IMG/VR virus record: IMGVR_UViG_3300030107_008258
Span: 32,001 to 96,000 of that record
Strand: one strand, 5' to 3'
DNA: 64,000 nt
Origin: a virus
Made by a program: the position numbers and the translations under genes. This document shows positions 1 to 8,854 of this stretch, piece by piece; position 1 is the stretch's first letter; each line of letters opens with the position of its first letter. Below the pieces are notes generated by a model, which was not told where the DNA came from, made no database searches, and worked only from the letters and a program-made list of their open reading frames with translations.

Positions 1-354
1 GCCTATTTTAAGCGGCTTCTTGTGGTGAAAAGATAAACACATATAAGAACCCGGTATATACATGCCTGAAGTTAACCTTTTTGCTGCATCGTAAATTGGA
101 TGTGGTTTTAATTGGTAAATACCGCTCCATTCAATATCTTCGAATTCAACTCTAGCACCGGCCTGTAATATAGATTGAGGCGGTGATATATATGTACGAG
201 AAGGTATTGTTACAGTAGAGCCTTGAACTTCGTAATACTTGCAGCAAAGAAAAATAGCGTCAGTGCAGCTGTCGCAAGCGATAGCATAAGGGGCACCGGT
301 ATATTCAGCGATAGCTTCTTCAAACCATTGTACTATTTCGAAAGGATTTCTCAC
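1..354 (-). CDS. DegT/DnrJ/EryC1/StrS PLP-dependent sugar aminotransferase (runs off the left edge; not in the ORF track)
   Basis: Manual translation from GTG at 354, overlapping the upstream TGA: VRNPFEIVQWFEEAIAEYTGAPYAIACDSCTDAIFL...TIPSRTYIS...IYDAAK...CLSFHHKKPLKIG. This has the FE..A.Y.G...A motif, DAA, and SFH.xK with the PLP lysine. Confidence 0.85.
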   Translation of the reverse strand, partial: MRNPFEIVQWFEEAIAEYTGAPYAIACDSCTDAIFLCCKYYEVQGSTVTIPSRTYISPPQSILQAGARVEFEDIEWSGIYQLKPHPIYDAAKRLTSGMYIPGSYMCLSFHHKKPLKIG

Positions 355-734
355 TTCTCTAATATGTAATATTTCTTACGGAACCCACAGATTTCAAACA
401 GCCTCCTACTTGCTTCGTTATCAATTTTAACTTTAGCAAAAGCGTCTGGAAATTTCTTCATAAAGCCTTCTACCATAAACTTGCCGACGCCTTTTCTTTG
501 ATGTGTTTTCTTTGTGGCTAGTCTTATATCGTTTTCAACATGACCTATAAAGCCTATCACTTCGCAACCATCAACACACACCAAATAATTAGAAAAATTT
601 TTAAACATATAGGCGTGATGAGTTGCTGTTGGTATTATACTAGGGTCTCCAAAACCTTCACAGTTTTCGTTTCTAATTTCCAGTATAGCGTCCCAGTGAG
701 ATCCCGGCAGGTTGCTGCATTCAATTAATTCCAT
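351..734 (-). CDS. GNAT-family N-acetyltransferase
   Basis: Acetyl-CoA motif QRKGVG and C-terminal DNEASRRLFEICGF; next to a sugar aminotransferase. Confidence 0.8.
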   Translation of the reverse strand: MELIECSNLPGSHWDAILEIRNENCEGFGDPSIIPTATHHAYMFKNFSNYLVCVDGCEVIGFIGHVENDIRLATKKTHQRKGVGKFMVEGFMKKFPDAFAKVKIDNEASRRLFEICGFRKKYYILEK

Positions 735-1534
735 ACGTCTTCTTCGTGTAAAACTGGATGGTCAACATTACCCCAGTGAGCTAATAGATAAGTCCTACTA
801 GATTTCCATCCTTCAAGTTGAAGAAGAGGACCTAATGAAGAGCCTATATCCATATATTGATTGTTGTCATGCTTTTTAAATAAATCATAACAAAGAAAGT
901 TACTAAGGGTAGCAGCGGAAAAAAGAAATAAATGATTTTTAACATCGTTAGTCTCTATCCATGCGCTAATTTCTTTAGGGAGATCGAAATCGTTTACCAT
1001 GCAATTACTACCAACTGGAAAAAACTTTTTCACCTTAAAAGGTAACTTGTCTAATTTAGAATTTTCGTTAGCTACTAATACTATTTCTCTATTAGAAAAA
1101 ATAGGAAGTATTTCTTGGATAAATCGAGAATAATTGCCGTTTATCATCAGGTTACAAAAAGATAAATTTTCCCAATCATCAGGTCCGTATAACTCCGTGC
1201 AGAACTTCCACGACTCTCCTCCGTCTAAACTATTCTGACCCGGAATACCTTTTATATAGTTATGTTTTTTAAACTTGAAAGCTTCGATAAGTTTTTCGTA
1301 CTCCCTTTTATTGTTGGATGGAATAAAACTTTTCTGCTCTTCTGGCATGTAACTATTAACATAAACCTTTTGATCGCCATGTATATCTCCCTGTATAAAA
1401 TGGTCTTCTGCAAGGACAACTGTCTTATTACGCAGTATAGTAACTTCCCCGTCTGAAAAACGAGAAAATCCAAAAGGTACCTCATTAATAATTAAGTCTC
1501 GCAGCTTATTAAACTCGTCTCTATAACTCTTCAT
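725..1534 (-). CDS. GT-D fold (DUF1792-like) putative glycosyltransferase
   Basis: N-terminal FSRFSDGE and C-terminal MDIGS motifs typical of GT-D-fold proteins; glycosylation operon context. Confidence 0.6.
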   Translation of the reverse strand: MKSYRDEFNKLRDLIINEVPFGFSRFSDGEVTILRNKTVVLAEDHFIQGDIHGDQKVYVNSYMPEEQKSFIPSNNKREYEKLIEAFKFKKHNYIKGIPGQNSLDGGESWKFCTELYGPDDWENLSFCNLMINGNYSRFIQEILPIFSNREIVLVANENSKLDKLPFKVKKFFPVGSNCMVNDFDLPKEISAWIETNDVKNHLFLFSAATLSNFLCYDLFKKHDNNQYMDIGSSLGPLLQLEGWKSSRTYLLAHWGNVDHPVLHEEDVWN

Positions 1535-2432
1535 TTATAAAATCTAAATTGAGCCCATAAAAATATTTAGGCTTCCACCCTGTAGCTTTAGTTATTTTAC
1601 CAGTGTCTACCGAATATCTAACATCTTGACCCCATCTATCCTCCACAAACTCGATATATTCTTCAGGATCACTATTAAATTTTTTTATTACCGCTTTGAC
1701 TACGTCTATATTTTTTATGTGATTATTAGCAGCAATGTTAAAACATTCATTTCTTACGCCTTTATTTATTATACTTAATATCCCATCGACATTATCTTTG
1801 ACGTAAGTCCAGTCTCTTATATATGAGCCGTCTCCATGAACTGGAATTTTTTCTCCATCTTTTAAACAGGAAATGCATTTAGCTATTAATTTCTCTTCAT
1901 ATTGTCGAGCGCCATAATTATTACCGCTACGAGTCATTACGTAATCAATACCATATGTGCGGTGGTAGGAATTAATTAACATTTCGGAACAAGCTTTAGT
2001 AGCAGAATAGGGGTTACTAGGACTCAGCTTGTCGACCTCTTTAAAAGAACCTTCATTAATATCTCCATAAACTTCATCAGTACTAATATGAAAAAATAAA
2101 GGCCTCTTATATTTAGGTTTTATTCTTACTAATTCTAAAAGATTATGTACTCCGTTTACATTAGATTCTATAAAAGGATTACAATCGGTAATAGAATTAT
2201 CAACATGACTTTCAGCGGCAAAATTAATTAAAATGTCACAAGTAGGTATATGTTTTATGGTAGCAATATTGCCTTGAGTCAAAGAGTAATTCGGGTGGTT
2301 ATCCCACGGTAAGCGAGCATGAGAAGCATACCCCATCTTATCTATATCGTAGACCCTCCAACCATCGCTAAGAGCAGCCTCTACAAAGTGACTGCCAATA
2401 AAACCTCTTCCTCCTGTAACGGTTAATTTCAT
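1521..2432 (-). CDS. rmlB: dTDP-glucose 4,6-dehydratase
   Basis: TGGRGFIGS Rossmann motif, FAAESHVDNSI, HISTDEVYG, YSATK (YxxxK), NNYG, GDGSYIRDW. Confidence 0.93.
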   Translation of the reverse strand: MKLTVTGGRGFIGSHFVEAALSDGWRVYDIDKMGYASHARLPWDNHPNYSLTQGNIATIKHIPTCDILINFAAESHVDNSITDCNPFIESNVNGVHNLLELVRIKPKYKRPLFFHISTDEVYGDINEGSFKEVDKLSPSNPYSATKACSEMLINSYHRTYGIDYVMTRSGNNYGARQYEEKLIAKCISCLKDGEKIPVHGDGSYIRDWTYVKDNVDGILSIINKGVRNECFNIAANNHIKNIDVVKAVIKKFNSDPEEYIEFVEDRWGQDVRYSVDTGKITKATGWKPKYFYGLNLDFINEEL

Positions 2433-3433
2433 AAGAGCTGAAGAATTTTCTCTGCGGCTTTACCGTCACCAAAGGGGCAAGTGGATGAAGGTATATAGTC
2501 GTCTCTTACTTTCTTAAAAATCTCAGGTAGGTCTCCCACTTTTTTGCATAAATAATTAAAAGACTCGAGGGCTTCAGGCCTTTCTGTTGTTTCCCTGCAT
2601 ACTATAGCTTTCTTTTTAAGAAACGAAGCCTCTTCTTGTAGTCCTCCACTATCCGTAATTAAAAAACGGCACGCGCCTATCTTTTTAACAAATTCTTTAT
2701 GCGCAACAGGTGGTATGATGCGGACATTGCTAAACTCTTTATGTAAAGCACAATGGGAATTGGGGTTAGGATGAGATATAAAAACAAAATTTAAATCTTG
2801 ATTACTAAAAGCAATATCTTCTATTTGTTGGTACCAAAAAGCTATAGATTTATGATTTTCTCTCCGATGTAAGGTTATTAAAACATCATTATTATAACTA
2901 ACTGGAATATCTTTAAGGTGATCCAATACTGTATTACCTACTATATGAATTTCACCTTGAGCTATTTCTTTTAGTAGGTTCGTTTTATTTGATTTAGTGG
3001 CGCAAAGGTGTATGTCTGCAATTCTTGATATGCATTGTCTATAAACTTCCTCTGGGTAAGGGTGGCTTTTGTCGTAGGTTCTTAATCCTGCTTCTAAATG
3101 AATTACTTTTAATCCTTTGTTAAAAGCCGCTAAAGCGCAAGCAAAAGCTGAAGCTGTGTCGCCTTGAACTAGCACGTGAGTAAAACCGTCCTCTAAAACT
3201 TGATCTAAGGAATAAGACCCGGTTATGCTGGAAATGATAGAATTAAGACGACTAGGGGCGTTGTCATGCATTTCAAATGAGTAATCGGGTTTAACAGTCC
3301 CCTTGCCTATATCTTTGTGCTGGCCAGTAAATAGAGTTCGTATATTATGCCACTGTGATAACTCGTGAAGAATTATGGGCTCTATTTTAATATACTCTGG
3401 CCTAGTGCCATAACATATCAATATTTTTTTCAC
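2429..3433 (-). CDS. wecB: UDP-N-acetylglucosamine 2-epimerase (non-hydrolysing)
   Basis: GTRPEYIK, TGQH, VQGDT, HLEAGLRT, PEE, TLHRREN, TDSGGLQEEA, TERPE, PFGDGKAAEKI. Confidence 0.95.
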   Translation of the reverse strand: MKKILICYGTRPEYIKIEPIILHELSQWHNIRTLFTGQHKDIGKGTVKPDYSFEMHDNAPSRLNSIISSITGSYSLDQVLEDGFTHVLVQGDTASAFACALAAFNKGLKVIHLEAGLRTYDKSHPYPEEVYRQCISRIADIHLCATKSNKTNLLKEIAQGEIHIVGNTVLDHLKDIPVSYNNDVLITLHRRENHKSIAFWYQQIEDIAFSNQDLNFVFISHPNPNSHCALHKEFSNVRIIPPVAHKEFVKKIGACRFLITDSGGLQEEASFLKKKAIVCRETTERPEALESFNYLCKKVGDLPEIFKKVRDDYIPSSTCPFGDGKAAEKILQLL

Positions 3434-4161
3434 GACTTTATTAACTTAAATCCTTTCTTAATGGTTGATTTTAAAGCGTCTCCAAAATGCGATCCGTGGT
3501 AATTAACAGATATCGCGTTTTTATCTACGCCGTATTGGTAAGCTAAAGTAGGATTAGATCCCCACATGTCTCTATCCTTTTCGGGGTGAGGTGGCACATA
3601 GGTATTGAGTCCTAAATGCTTTTGAATAGCGTAGGAGAAATACATATCTTCCCCGCATATTCTACTTTCAGGTATTGGGGCCTCCCTCCAGAAAGCTCCC
3701 AGCCATTCCCTTTTAAAGAACCAGCTGTGGCCTACTATATCTACTCTAGTTGTGACTTCGTTAGGGTTAGACCATCCCCACCTGTCATAGCTAATATAAT
3801 TTTCATCATTAAATATAACTCCAATAGTACCCAATAAACCTTCATTAGTTTTAATAGTTTCTAAGCAATTCTCTAACCACTTAGATCCGGGAATTGTATC
3901 ATCATCAAAAACGCAAACATATTCAGTAGTAGCGTTAAGAGCATATGCAAACCGAGCCCAAACTCCAAAATTTGCATTACTGGTAGTTACTACGCAATTA
4001 GATAATAAAGAATAATCAAAGGCTTCCTCACTATCTTTATTTTGCCAAAACATCACCATCTCAGGCTTTACGGTTTGGTTTTTTAAAGCTTCTACTTGAG
4101 CTTTTAAGGCGTGAGGGCGTTTGTATCCGTTTAAAATTACTGTTATTTTACCGTCTGACAT
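3430..4161 (-). CDS. Glycosyltransferase family 2 (GT-A fold)
   Basis: ITVILNGYKRP start, VFDDD (DxD) motif, GEDM acceptor motif. Confidence 0.8.
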   Translation of the reverse strand: MSDGKITVILNGYKRPHALKAQVEALKNQTVKPEMVMFWQNKDSEEAFDYSLLSNCVVTTSNANFGVWARFAYALNATTEYVCVFDDDTIPGSKWLENCLETIKTNEGLLGTIGVIFNDENYISYDRWGWSNPNEVTTRVDIVGHSWFFKREWLGAFWREAPIPESRICGEDMYFSYAIQKHLGLNTYVPPHPEKDRDMWGSNPTLAYQYGVDKNAISVNYHGSHFGDALKSTIKKGFKLIKS

Positions 4162-4996
4162 TTCTTATTAATTCTAAAAGATCTTCCTTTTTGTTTCTCA
4201 TGGTATTTATCAATTCTAAACCGTTTTCTTTATACCAAGGTTCATAAGAAGCTCCAATTAATTCATTAGTATAAACTTCAAGTCCCATCATCTTAGCTTC
4301 CAACACAAGCCTGCAGCATGTTTCCGGCGTAGATGGATGAAAAGCTAAAGAAGAATACATTGATAGAAACTTTAAAAAAGATTCGTAGTCCGGATCTTTA
4401 ATGGTATCAAAAGCTATATTGTTTTGTTTACAATATTCTTGAGATTGCTTAGTTCCTTTTTGTGGGTAGGGAGAGTTTACTACGGCACATTTGTCTAAGC
4501 TTCTTGAATTGTTACCTAACTTTTCTAATAGATTTAAATGCTGCTCTGACCATAAGTTTCCCGAAAAGTTGATAGTCTTCTTTGATTCTCCTATATTCCT
4601 ATCGTAAATATCTTTTTGAAATCCTGTCTGGCATACTATAGCCGCGGCCTTTTTGTGGAAATCAACATTAATTAGTTCGTTTTGTGGAACTATGAAATTA
4701 GGATATAAAGCTGGGTTTGTATGTTGAACAAACTTATAGTCGTGACAATATAAAATATATTTGCACTTGTCTTCTATAGTTTGACGTATGGAGGGGTCAA
4801 TTCCAAAAAAGTTAGATATTATAAAAAAAGAATCGAGGTTCTCTTGAATGAACCCCGGATACAGATAACGGCTTTTAATTTTTTGAACTTCGTAATGTTT
4901 ATTTAATGTTTTATAGATTTCTTCATCATTTAAAGCTGCGCCTCCTACAAAATCATCTATAAAAAAATCGCTAATTAATATAATTTTATCATTCAA
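4148..4996 (-). CDS. GT-B fold glycosyltransferase (GT4-like)
   Basis: GGAALND N-terminal loop, HDY, ETCCRLVLEAKMMG (E-x7-E motif). Confidence 0.7.
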   Translation of the reverse strand: MNDKIILISDFFIDDFVGGAALNDEEIYKTLNKHYEVQKIKSRYLYPGFIQENLDSFFIISNFFGIDPSIRQTIEDKCKYILYCHDYKFVQHTNPALYPNFIVPQNELINVDFHKKAAAIVCQTGFQKDIYDRNIGESKKTINFSGNLWSEQHLNLLEKLGNNSRSLDKCAVVNSPYPQKGTKQSQEYCKQNNIAFDTIKDPDYESFLKFLSMYSSLAFHPSTPETCCRLVLEAKMMGLEVYTNELIGASYEPWYKENGLELINTMRNKKEDLLELIRNVRR

Positions 4997-5354
4997 TAGT
5001 AAAGTGTTTTGATGGCTTTATCCGACTGGGGTCTTGAGGATGTTTTGCTCCTTTTCTTTCTTTTGAGTAGTCTTCAAAAAACTTTTTCTTAACAGGGTCC
5101 TCTCCATATCGTGCTGCTCTTTTAGCAGAAGCTTCTGCGGATTGATCCCAGAGATCTCCGATAGTTCCTTTGGCTTTTTCGCGGAATTCTTGTTGAGAGT
5201 GGGGATCTATTTGAGTGTCTATAGAAGCGTTTGGAATCGTATATACGCGATTATAAGAGACTCCGTCTATTTCGTAAACGTGCTCTTCGTGAATACTTTG
5301 AAGAACAATAACTTGTTCTCCTGTCTCGGGGTGTTCGTAAATATATTCAGGCAT
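4989..5354 (-). CDS. FmdB-like small protein lacking the zinc-ribbon cysteines
   Basis: MPEYIYEHPETGE N-terminus resembles FmdB MPxYxYxC..CG; overlaps both neighbouring genes. Confidence 0.5.
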   Translation of the reverse strand: MPEYIYEHPETGEQVIVLQSIHEEHVYEIDGVSYNRVYTIPNASIDTQIDPHSQQEFREKAKGTIGDLWDQSAEASAKRAARYGEDPVKKKFFEDYSKERKGAKHPQDPSRIKPSKHFTIE

Positions 5355-6432
5355 TCATAACCTCCACAATTTTATCTACAGTATTGGAATAGGTAAAACT
5401 TTCTTGAAGTTTAATTCCTTCTTCGTTAATAGGGTTGGACTTATATTTTTCTACAGCTTTTTCGCAGCCTGCTATAAATTCCTCTTCGTCGAAGGTAAAT
5501 ATTTCACCTTGATTGAAAGGTCTTCCTTTGTTAAAGAAAATTCCATCTGCGGAATCTTCCTTACCATTCGGTTCAACTAGTACGCTATTTTTTTCCGTAG
5601 CCCAATCTTTATAAGCACTAGCGTTAAGAATAACCCCATGCTTTCCTAATGCGAGAGACTGAAACTCTGGTAAACCCCATCCTTCTGCGCCTGACATTCC
5701 GATACAAATGTTTCCTGAGTTAAGAAAATCGTTATAAAGGGAATTTTTTTGCATCATCCCTAAGAAATTTATGTTAAAATACTGTTTTCCTTCAAGTATT
5801 TGACTCAGTGATGCTTTAAAATCTTCCTCTTTCATGAAGGGGTTTGCAATAGCGCATTGCAAAACATAATCTTTATTATTGCCGTATTTTTTTACCCAAG
5901 CCTGAATAACCTCTTTATGATGTTTTCTTTTCTCTAGTTTGCCACATAAATTAAAAACTATTTTCCCTTCTAGGTATTTAGTATCTTTTATATGAAAATT
6001 ATGCTTATCAAAGCCAAGGGGGATGTAGTGGCAATTATTTATTCCGTGATTTTCTAGAACCTCTTTTGAGTAAGATGAACTTACTATTATATTTTTTTGG
6101 TTATTGGCTATGTTAACCTCATAAGAAGTGGGGTGATCTAATTCATAAAAAGTAAAAAGAGTTTGATCCTTCGCGTAAGATGTTAAGCTATCGTGGTTTA
6201 AGTGCCAGAGCTTAAAGATAGGAGTGTCTCGACTGTAAGATTCAAAAGATCGTTTAATCCCTTCTTGAATCCACTCGTTAAAGTCAGAAGAAATATCCTG
6301 ACTTGAAAGGTCAGATTGACCAATAGTAAATAAAGAAGGCTGCACGCCCCTCTCGTGAAATTCACGAAGAAGGGCAGTGCTAACCTGTCCAAAGCTTACC
6401 CCGTTAACGGGGAGATGTAACGCAAAGTCCAT
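5347..6432 (-). CDS. Glycosyltransferase family 4 (GT-B)
   Basis: GKLEKRK and EGWGLPEFQSLALGK (GT4 EGFGLP motif). Confidence 0.85.
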   Translation of the reverse strand: MDFALHLPVNGVSFGQVSTALLREFHERGVQPSLFTIGQSDLSSQDISSDFNEWIQEGIKRSFESYSRDTPIFKLWHLNHDSLTSYAKDQTLFTFYELDHPTSYEVNIANNQKNIIVSSSYSKEVLENHGINNCHYIPLGFDKHNFHIKDTKYLEGKIVFNLCGKLEKRKHHKEVIQAWVKKYGNNKDYVLQCAIANPFMKEEDFKASLSQILEGKQYFNINFLGMMQKNSLYNDFLNSGNICIGMSGAEGWGLPEFQSLALGKHGVILNASAYKDWATEKNSVLVEPNGKEDSADGIFFNKGRPFNQGEIFTFDEEEFIAGCEKAVEKYKSNPINEEGIKLQESFTYSNTVDKIVEVMNA

Positions 6433-6734
6433 TAAAACAATGCGCCGTCATCAGAGGAAGTGGAAGCTTCAGCAGTTGGTGCTTCTGTCTTCTTTTCTCT
6501 TTCCTCTCTGGATTCGCTAAGGTAAATACGGAGATCGGGAGCGTTTTCGCTCTTTACGGTTCCGTCTTCGTTATACTTGGATTTATTCTTGAAAACAACA
6601 AGCTGCACTTTACCGCTTGCGCCTTTTACTTCAATGTGTCCAGTCATATATTGAGAGCCATTATTGCTCTTCTTCGCCCAAAGAGCGCCAAGTTCGCGCT
6701 CTTGCCAGTCGTTTTTCTTTTGTTCGTTCGACAT
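6432..6734 (-). CDS. DUF736-like protein (possible ssDNA-binding protein with acidic tail)
   Basis: ELGALWAKKS..G..YMTG.I and APDLRIYLS motifs; acidic C-terminus ending DDGALF. Confidence 0.6.
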   Translation of the reverse strand: MSNEQKKNDWQERELGALWAKKSNNGSQYMTGHIEVKGASGKVQLVVFKNKSKYNEDGTVKSENAPDLRIYLSESREEREKKTEAPTAEASTSSDDGALF

Positions 6735-6744
6735 AAGAGTCCTT

Positions 6745-6772
6745 AGATTATATGTTCAGAATGCGATGTCAA
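6745..6772 (-). promoter_or_regulatory. Sigma70-like promoter for the DUF736/glycosylation operon
   Basis: Minus strand TTGACA (6772-6767), 16-nt spacer, TAATCT (6750-6745), followed by AAGGA and ATG at 6734. Confidence 0.5.
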
Positions 6773-6781
6773 CATTTTTTT

Positions 6782-7384
6782 TTAAACATTGTCTAAAAAT
6801 TTTTCACTTTTTATTTTTTTGCGTAAAATCTTTATCCCTTTGTTGTGGAGGTTTATAGCGGTTTGAGTACTGATTTCAAGTTTAGATGCTACCTTGCACC
6901 AAGAAGGTTTTTTGTGTCGCCGAGAGTATCTCATTGCAAAAATTTTTTTTATGCGGGGGTCTTTTAGTTGGCTTAAAATATTTTCGATAAATTCAAAAAG
7001 TATATTTGAATTGTCTTTTTCTTCAGCCTCTTGAAGGTAGTCTAATACATCGTCTTCAGTAGCTACGAGACGGTCCTTAGTTTTTTTATTTAAAGTGTTA
7101 AGACAATGATATTTAGTCTGATTAGCTAGCCATGTAGAAAATTTTACATTTTTATCAACGCTAAAACTCTTTACGGAATTCCAAATAATTAAATTTTTTT
7201 CAGCAGCGGCTTCGTTTATATCGACATGGTGAGCAAAGAAGCTTTTAGAGTACTTTTTTAAAATTTTAAAATAAAGGCCGCTATGCCTATTACCTAATTC
7301 AATTAAGCTTTTTTCACAATTTTTATTTTTTATTCTTTCTATAAGATGATTATCACTTAAGAAAGACCATTGGATTTTTTCCAT
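6782..7384 (-). CDS. Phage-encoded sigma70-family sigma factor (probable start ATG 7384)
   Basis: Region 2 motif IWNSVKSFSVDKNVKFSTWLANQTKY and region 4 HTH (IFAMRY...SWCKVASKLEISTQTAINLHNKGIKILRK). Confidence 0.8.
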   Translation of the reverse strand: MEKIQWSFLSDNHLIERIKNKNCEKSLIELGNRHSGLYFKILKKYSKSFFAHHVDINEAAAEKNLIIWNSVKSFSVDKNVKFSTWLANQTKYHCLNTLNKKTKDRLVATEDDVLDYLQEAEEKDNSNILFEFIENILSQLKDPRIKKIFAMRYSRRHKKPSWCKVASKLEISTQTAINLHNKGIKILRKKIKSEKFLDNV

Positions 7385-7800
7385 AAATTTACCTTTTTTG
7401 CAAAGTCTCCAAACGAGCACTCGCTATCTTGTTCCATATCAAAGATATAGCGATGATGGCTCTTAAACATACGAGGTAAAATTATAGAATATTCAACTAA
7501 ATCTTCAAAATTTTTTTCAAAAAAAATATTAGCGTCTCTAAATGGCTCTTCAGAAAGATTGTCAGATTTTAACCAAGTTTCTACCATGAAAGCAAAATTT
7601 ACGTCAAGATCAGAAGAAAAAAGGCGACTATCAAATCTGCAGATTTTTATTTCATAAGAAAAAATGGCTTCTAAATTATTAAAATTAAAATGAAGGAATG
7701 TTTTAACTGAAGTAGGATGGAGGTTAAGGGAAGCTCTATGACCGCAATAAGCTAAAAAAGGCTGGCAGCTTTTATCGATCAATGGCGAACCTTCAAACAT
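7357..7800 (-). CDS. Hypothetical protein
   Basis: 147-aa ORF overlapping both neighbours; no recognised motif. Confidence 0.55.
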   Translation of the reverse strand: MFEGSPLIDKSCQPFLAYCGHRASLNLHPTSVKTFLHFNFNNLEAIFSYEIKICRFDSRLFSSDLDVNFAFMVETWLKSDNLSEEPFRDANIFFEKNFEDLVEYSIILPRMFKSHHRYIFDMEQDSECSFGDFAKKVNLWKKSNGLS

Positions 7801-8386
7801 AAATATTTTTTACCCACTTTAATAAATTTCGACAATTAAGTATCTGTTTTTCTTCATCTGTTTCAGTGGGCCAGTTTAGTAGAAAATCTGAATCTAATTT
7901 CAATTTAGGATCGTTCCTTGACTCGGCTTCGTTAGCTGGCCTCATGAAAACTCTTTTATTATCGACTTCTTTGTACCGTGAAATATGAATTAATACCCCA
8001 TTAATCTCATTTTTTAACCAATAAACTTCATCTTTTTCATATTCATTAAATCTAATATCCGTAATAATATTTATTTTTTCGGGCGCCAATTCTTTATATA
8101 ATTCATTTACCCAATGCCTTCCGTTTGATAAGCTTCTTTTTATTTCTCCGTGCGCTACGAGCATTGGACGAATAATATCCTTTTCCTCCCGAGTACAATT
8201 AGACGAATCTATTCCATAAAGCTCACGGCTAGCTCCGCTTAATTCTTTTTTTAAATTATTTGCAATAGATAATTCCCTGTACGGTAATTCAAGTCTTTGC
8301 AATAATTTAATAATGATATTACATACCGTGTTTTTTCCACAACCAGCAACACCACTAATTCCAATATTCTTATATTTAAATTTCAT
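7793..8386 (-). CDS. Deoxynucleoside monophosphate kinase (T4 gp1-like)
   Basis: P-loop GVAGCGKNT, SIANNLK, RPMLVAHG, IITDIRFNE. Confidence 0.8.
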   Translation of the reverse strand: MKFKYKNIGISGVAGCGKNTVCNIIIKLLQRLELPYRELSIANNLKKELSGASRELYGIDSSNCTREEKDIIRPMLVAHGEIKRSLSNGRHWVNELYKELAPEKINIITDIRFNEYEKDEVYWLKNEINGVLIHISRYKEVDNKRVFMRPANEAESRNDPKLKLDSDFLLNWPTETDEEKQILNCRNLLKWVKNIYV

Positions 8387-8444
8387 TTAAATTCTATATA
8401 TTTAAATTAAATTAATTAAAATAAATATAATAAACTTTTCCCTA

Positions 8445-8715
8445 GAAAGTCGGAGTGAAACGAAGACTTTCCCCGTATCGGAGGCTATTCCGAACACCGG
8501 CAATCTTTCTTTTCCCTGAGATTACTCCCCGGTTAGCCTTTATGGGATACACGGTAGAACATATCCACTCTATATGACATCACCTTACCTACTGTCCCAA
8601 TGAAGCGCCTTTCTCACGCCAATTGGTTATCTCCGGTTGCAAGTCTTCACAGCATAGCCGGACGTTAGATTGCGGGGCCATCCACCTTTTAATGTCGTAG
8701 GATGACAATACGACC
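8445..8715 (-). ncRNA. Candidate structured non-coding RNA or long 5' leader with pseudoknots
   Basis: GC-rich island with no long ORF, starting 7 nt downstream of a sigma70-like -10 element. It has a 5' H-type pseudoknot and about 6 further helices whose G-U pairs favour the minus strand. Confidence 0.6.
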
Positions 8716-8721
8716 AGCAAT

Positions 8722-8750
8722 GTTTTACCCCGGTGGGGCCTGCTTGTCAA
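8722..8750 (-). promoter_or_regulatory. Sigma70-like promoter driving the candidate ncRNA and dNMP kinase operon
   Basis: TTGACA (8750-8745), 17-nt spacer, TAAAAC (8727-8722), A-tract upstream; predicted +1 at G8715. Confidence 0.6.
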
Positions 8751-8854
8751 CTTTTTTTAAAGAAGATTTTTGAAAAAAAATAAACAATGATCTTTTTCGG
8801 GGAAAATTTGCTTTTTTTATTGACTTTCCTCCCCTAAAACAAAATTATAAACGC

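Noticed and set aside
8445-8715. tRNA, tmRNA, RNase P or group I intron identity for the structured region
   Set aside because: No cloverleaf, T-arm or CCA end, no tmRNA termini or tag frame, and no intron P/Q/R/S core. GGAAAGUC resembles RNase P but lies at the 3' end in a local hairpin.
8820-8854. Sigma70 promoter for dCMP deaminase (TTGACT at 8820)
   Set aside because: The best -10 (TATAAA at 8846) is 20 nt from the -35; plausible but too weak to call.
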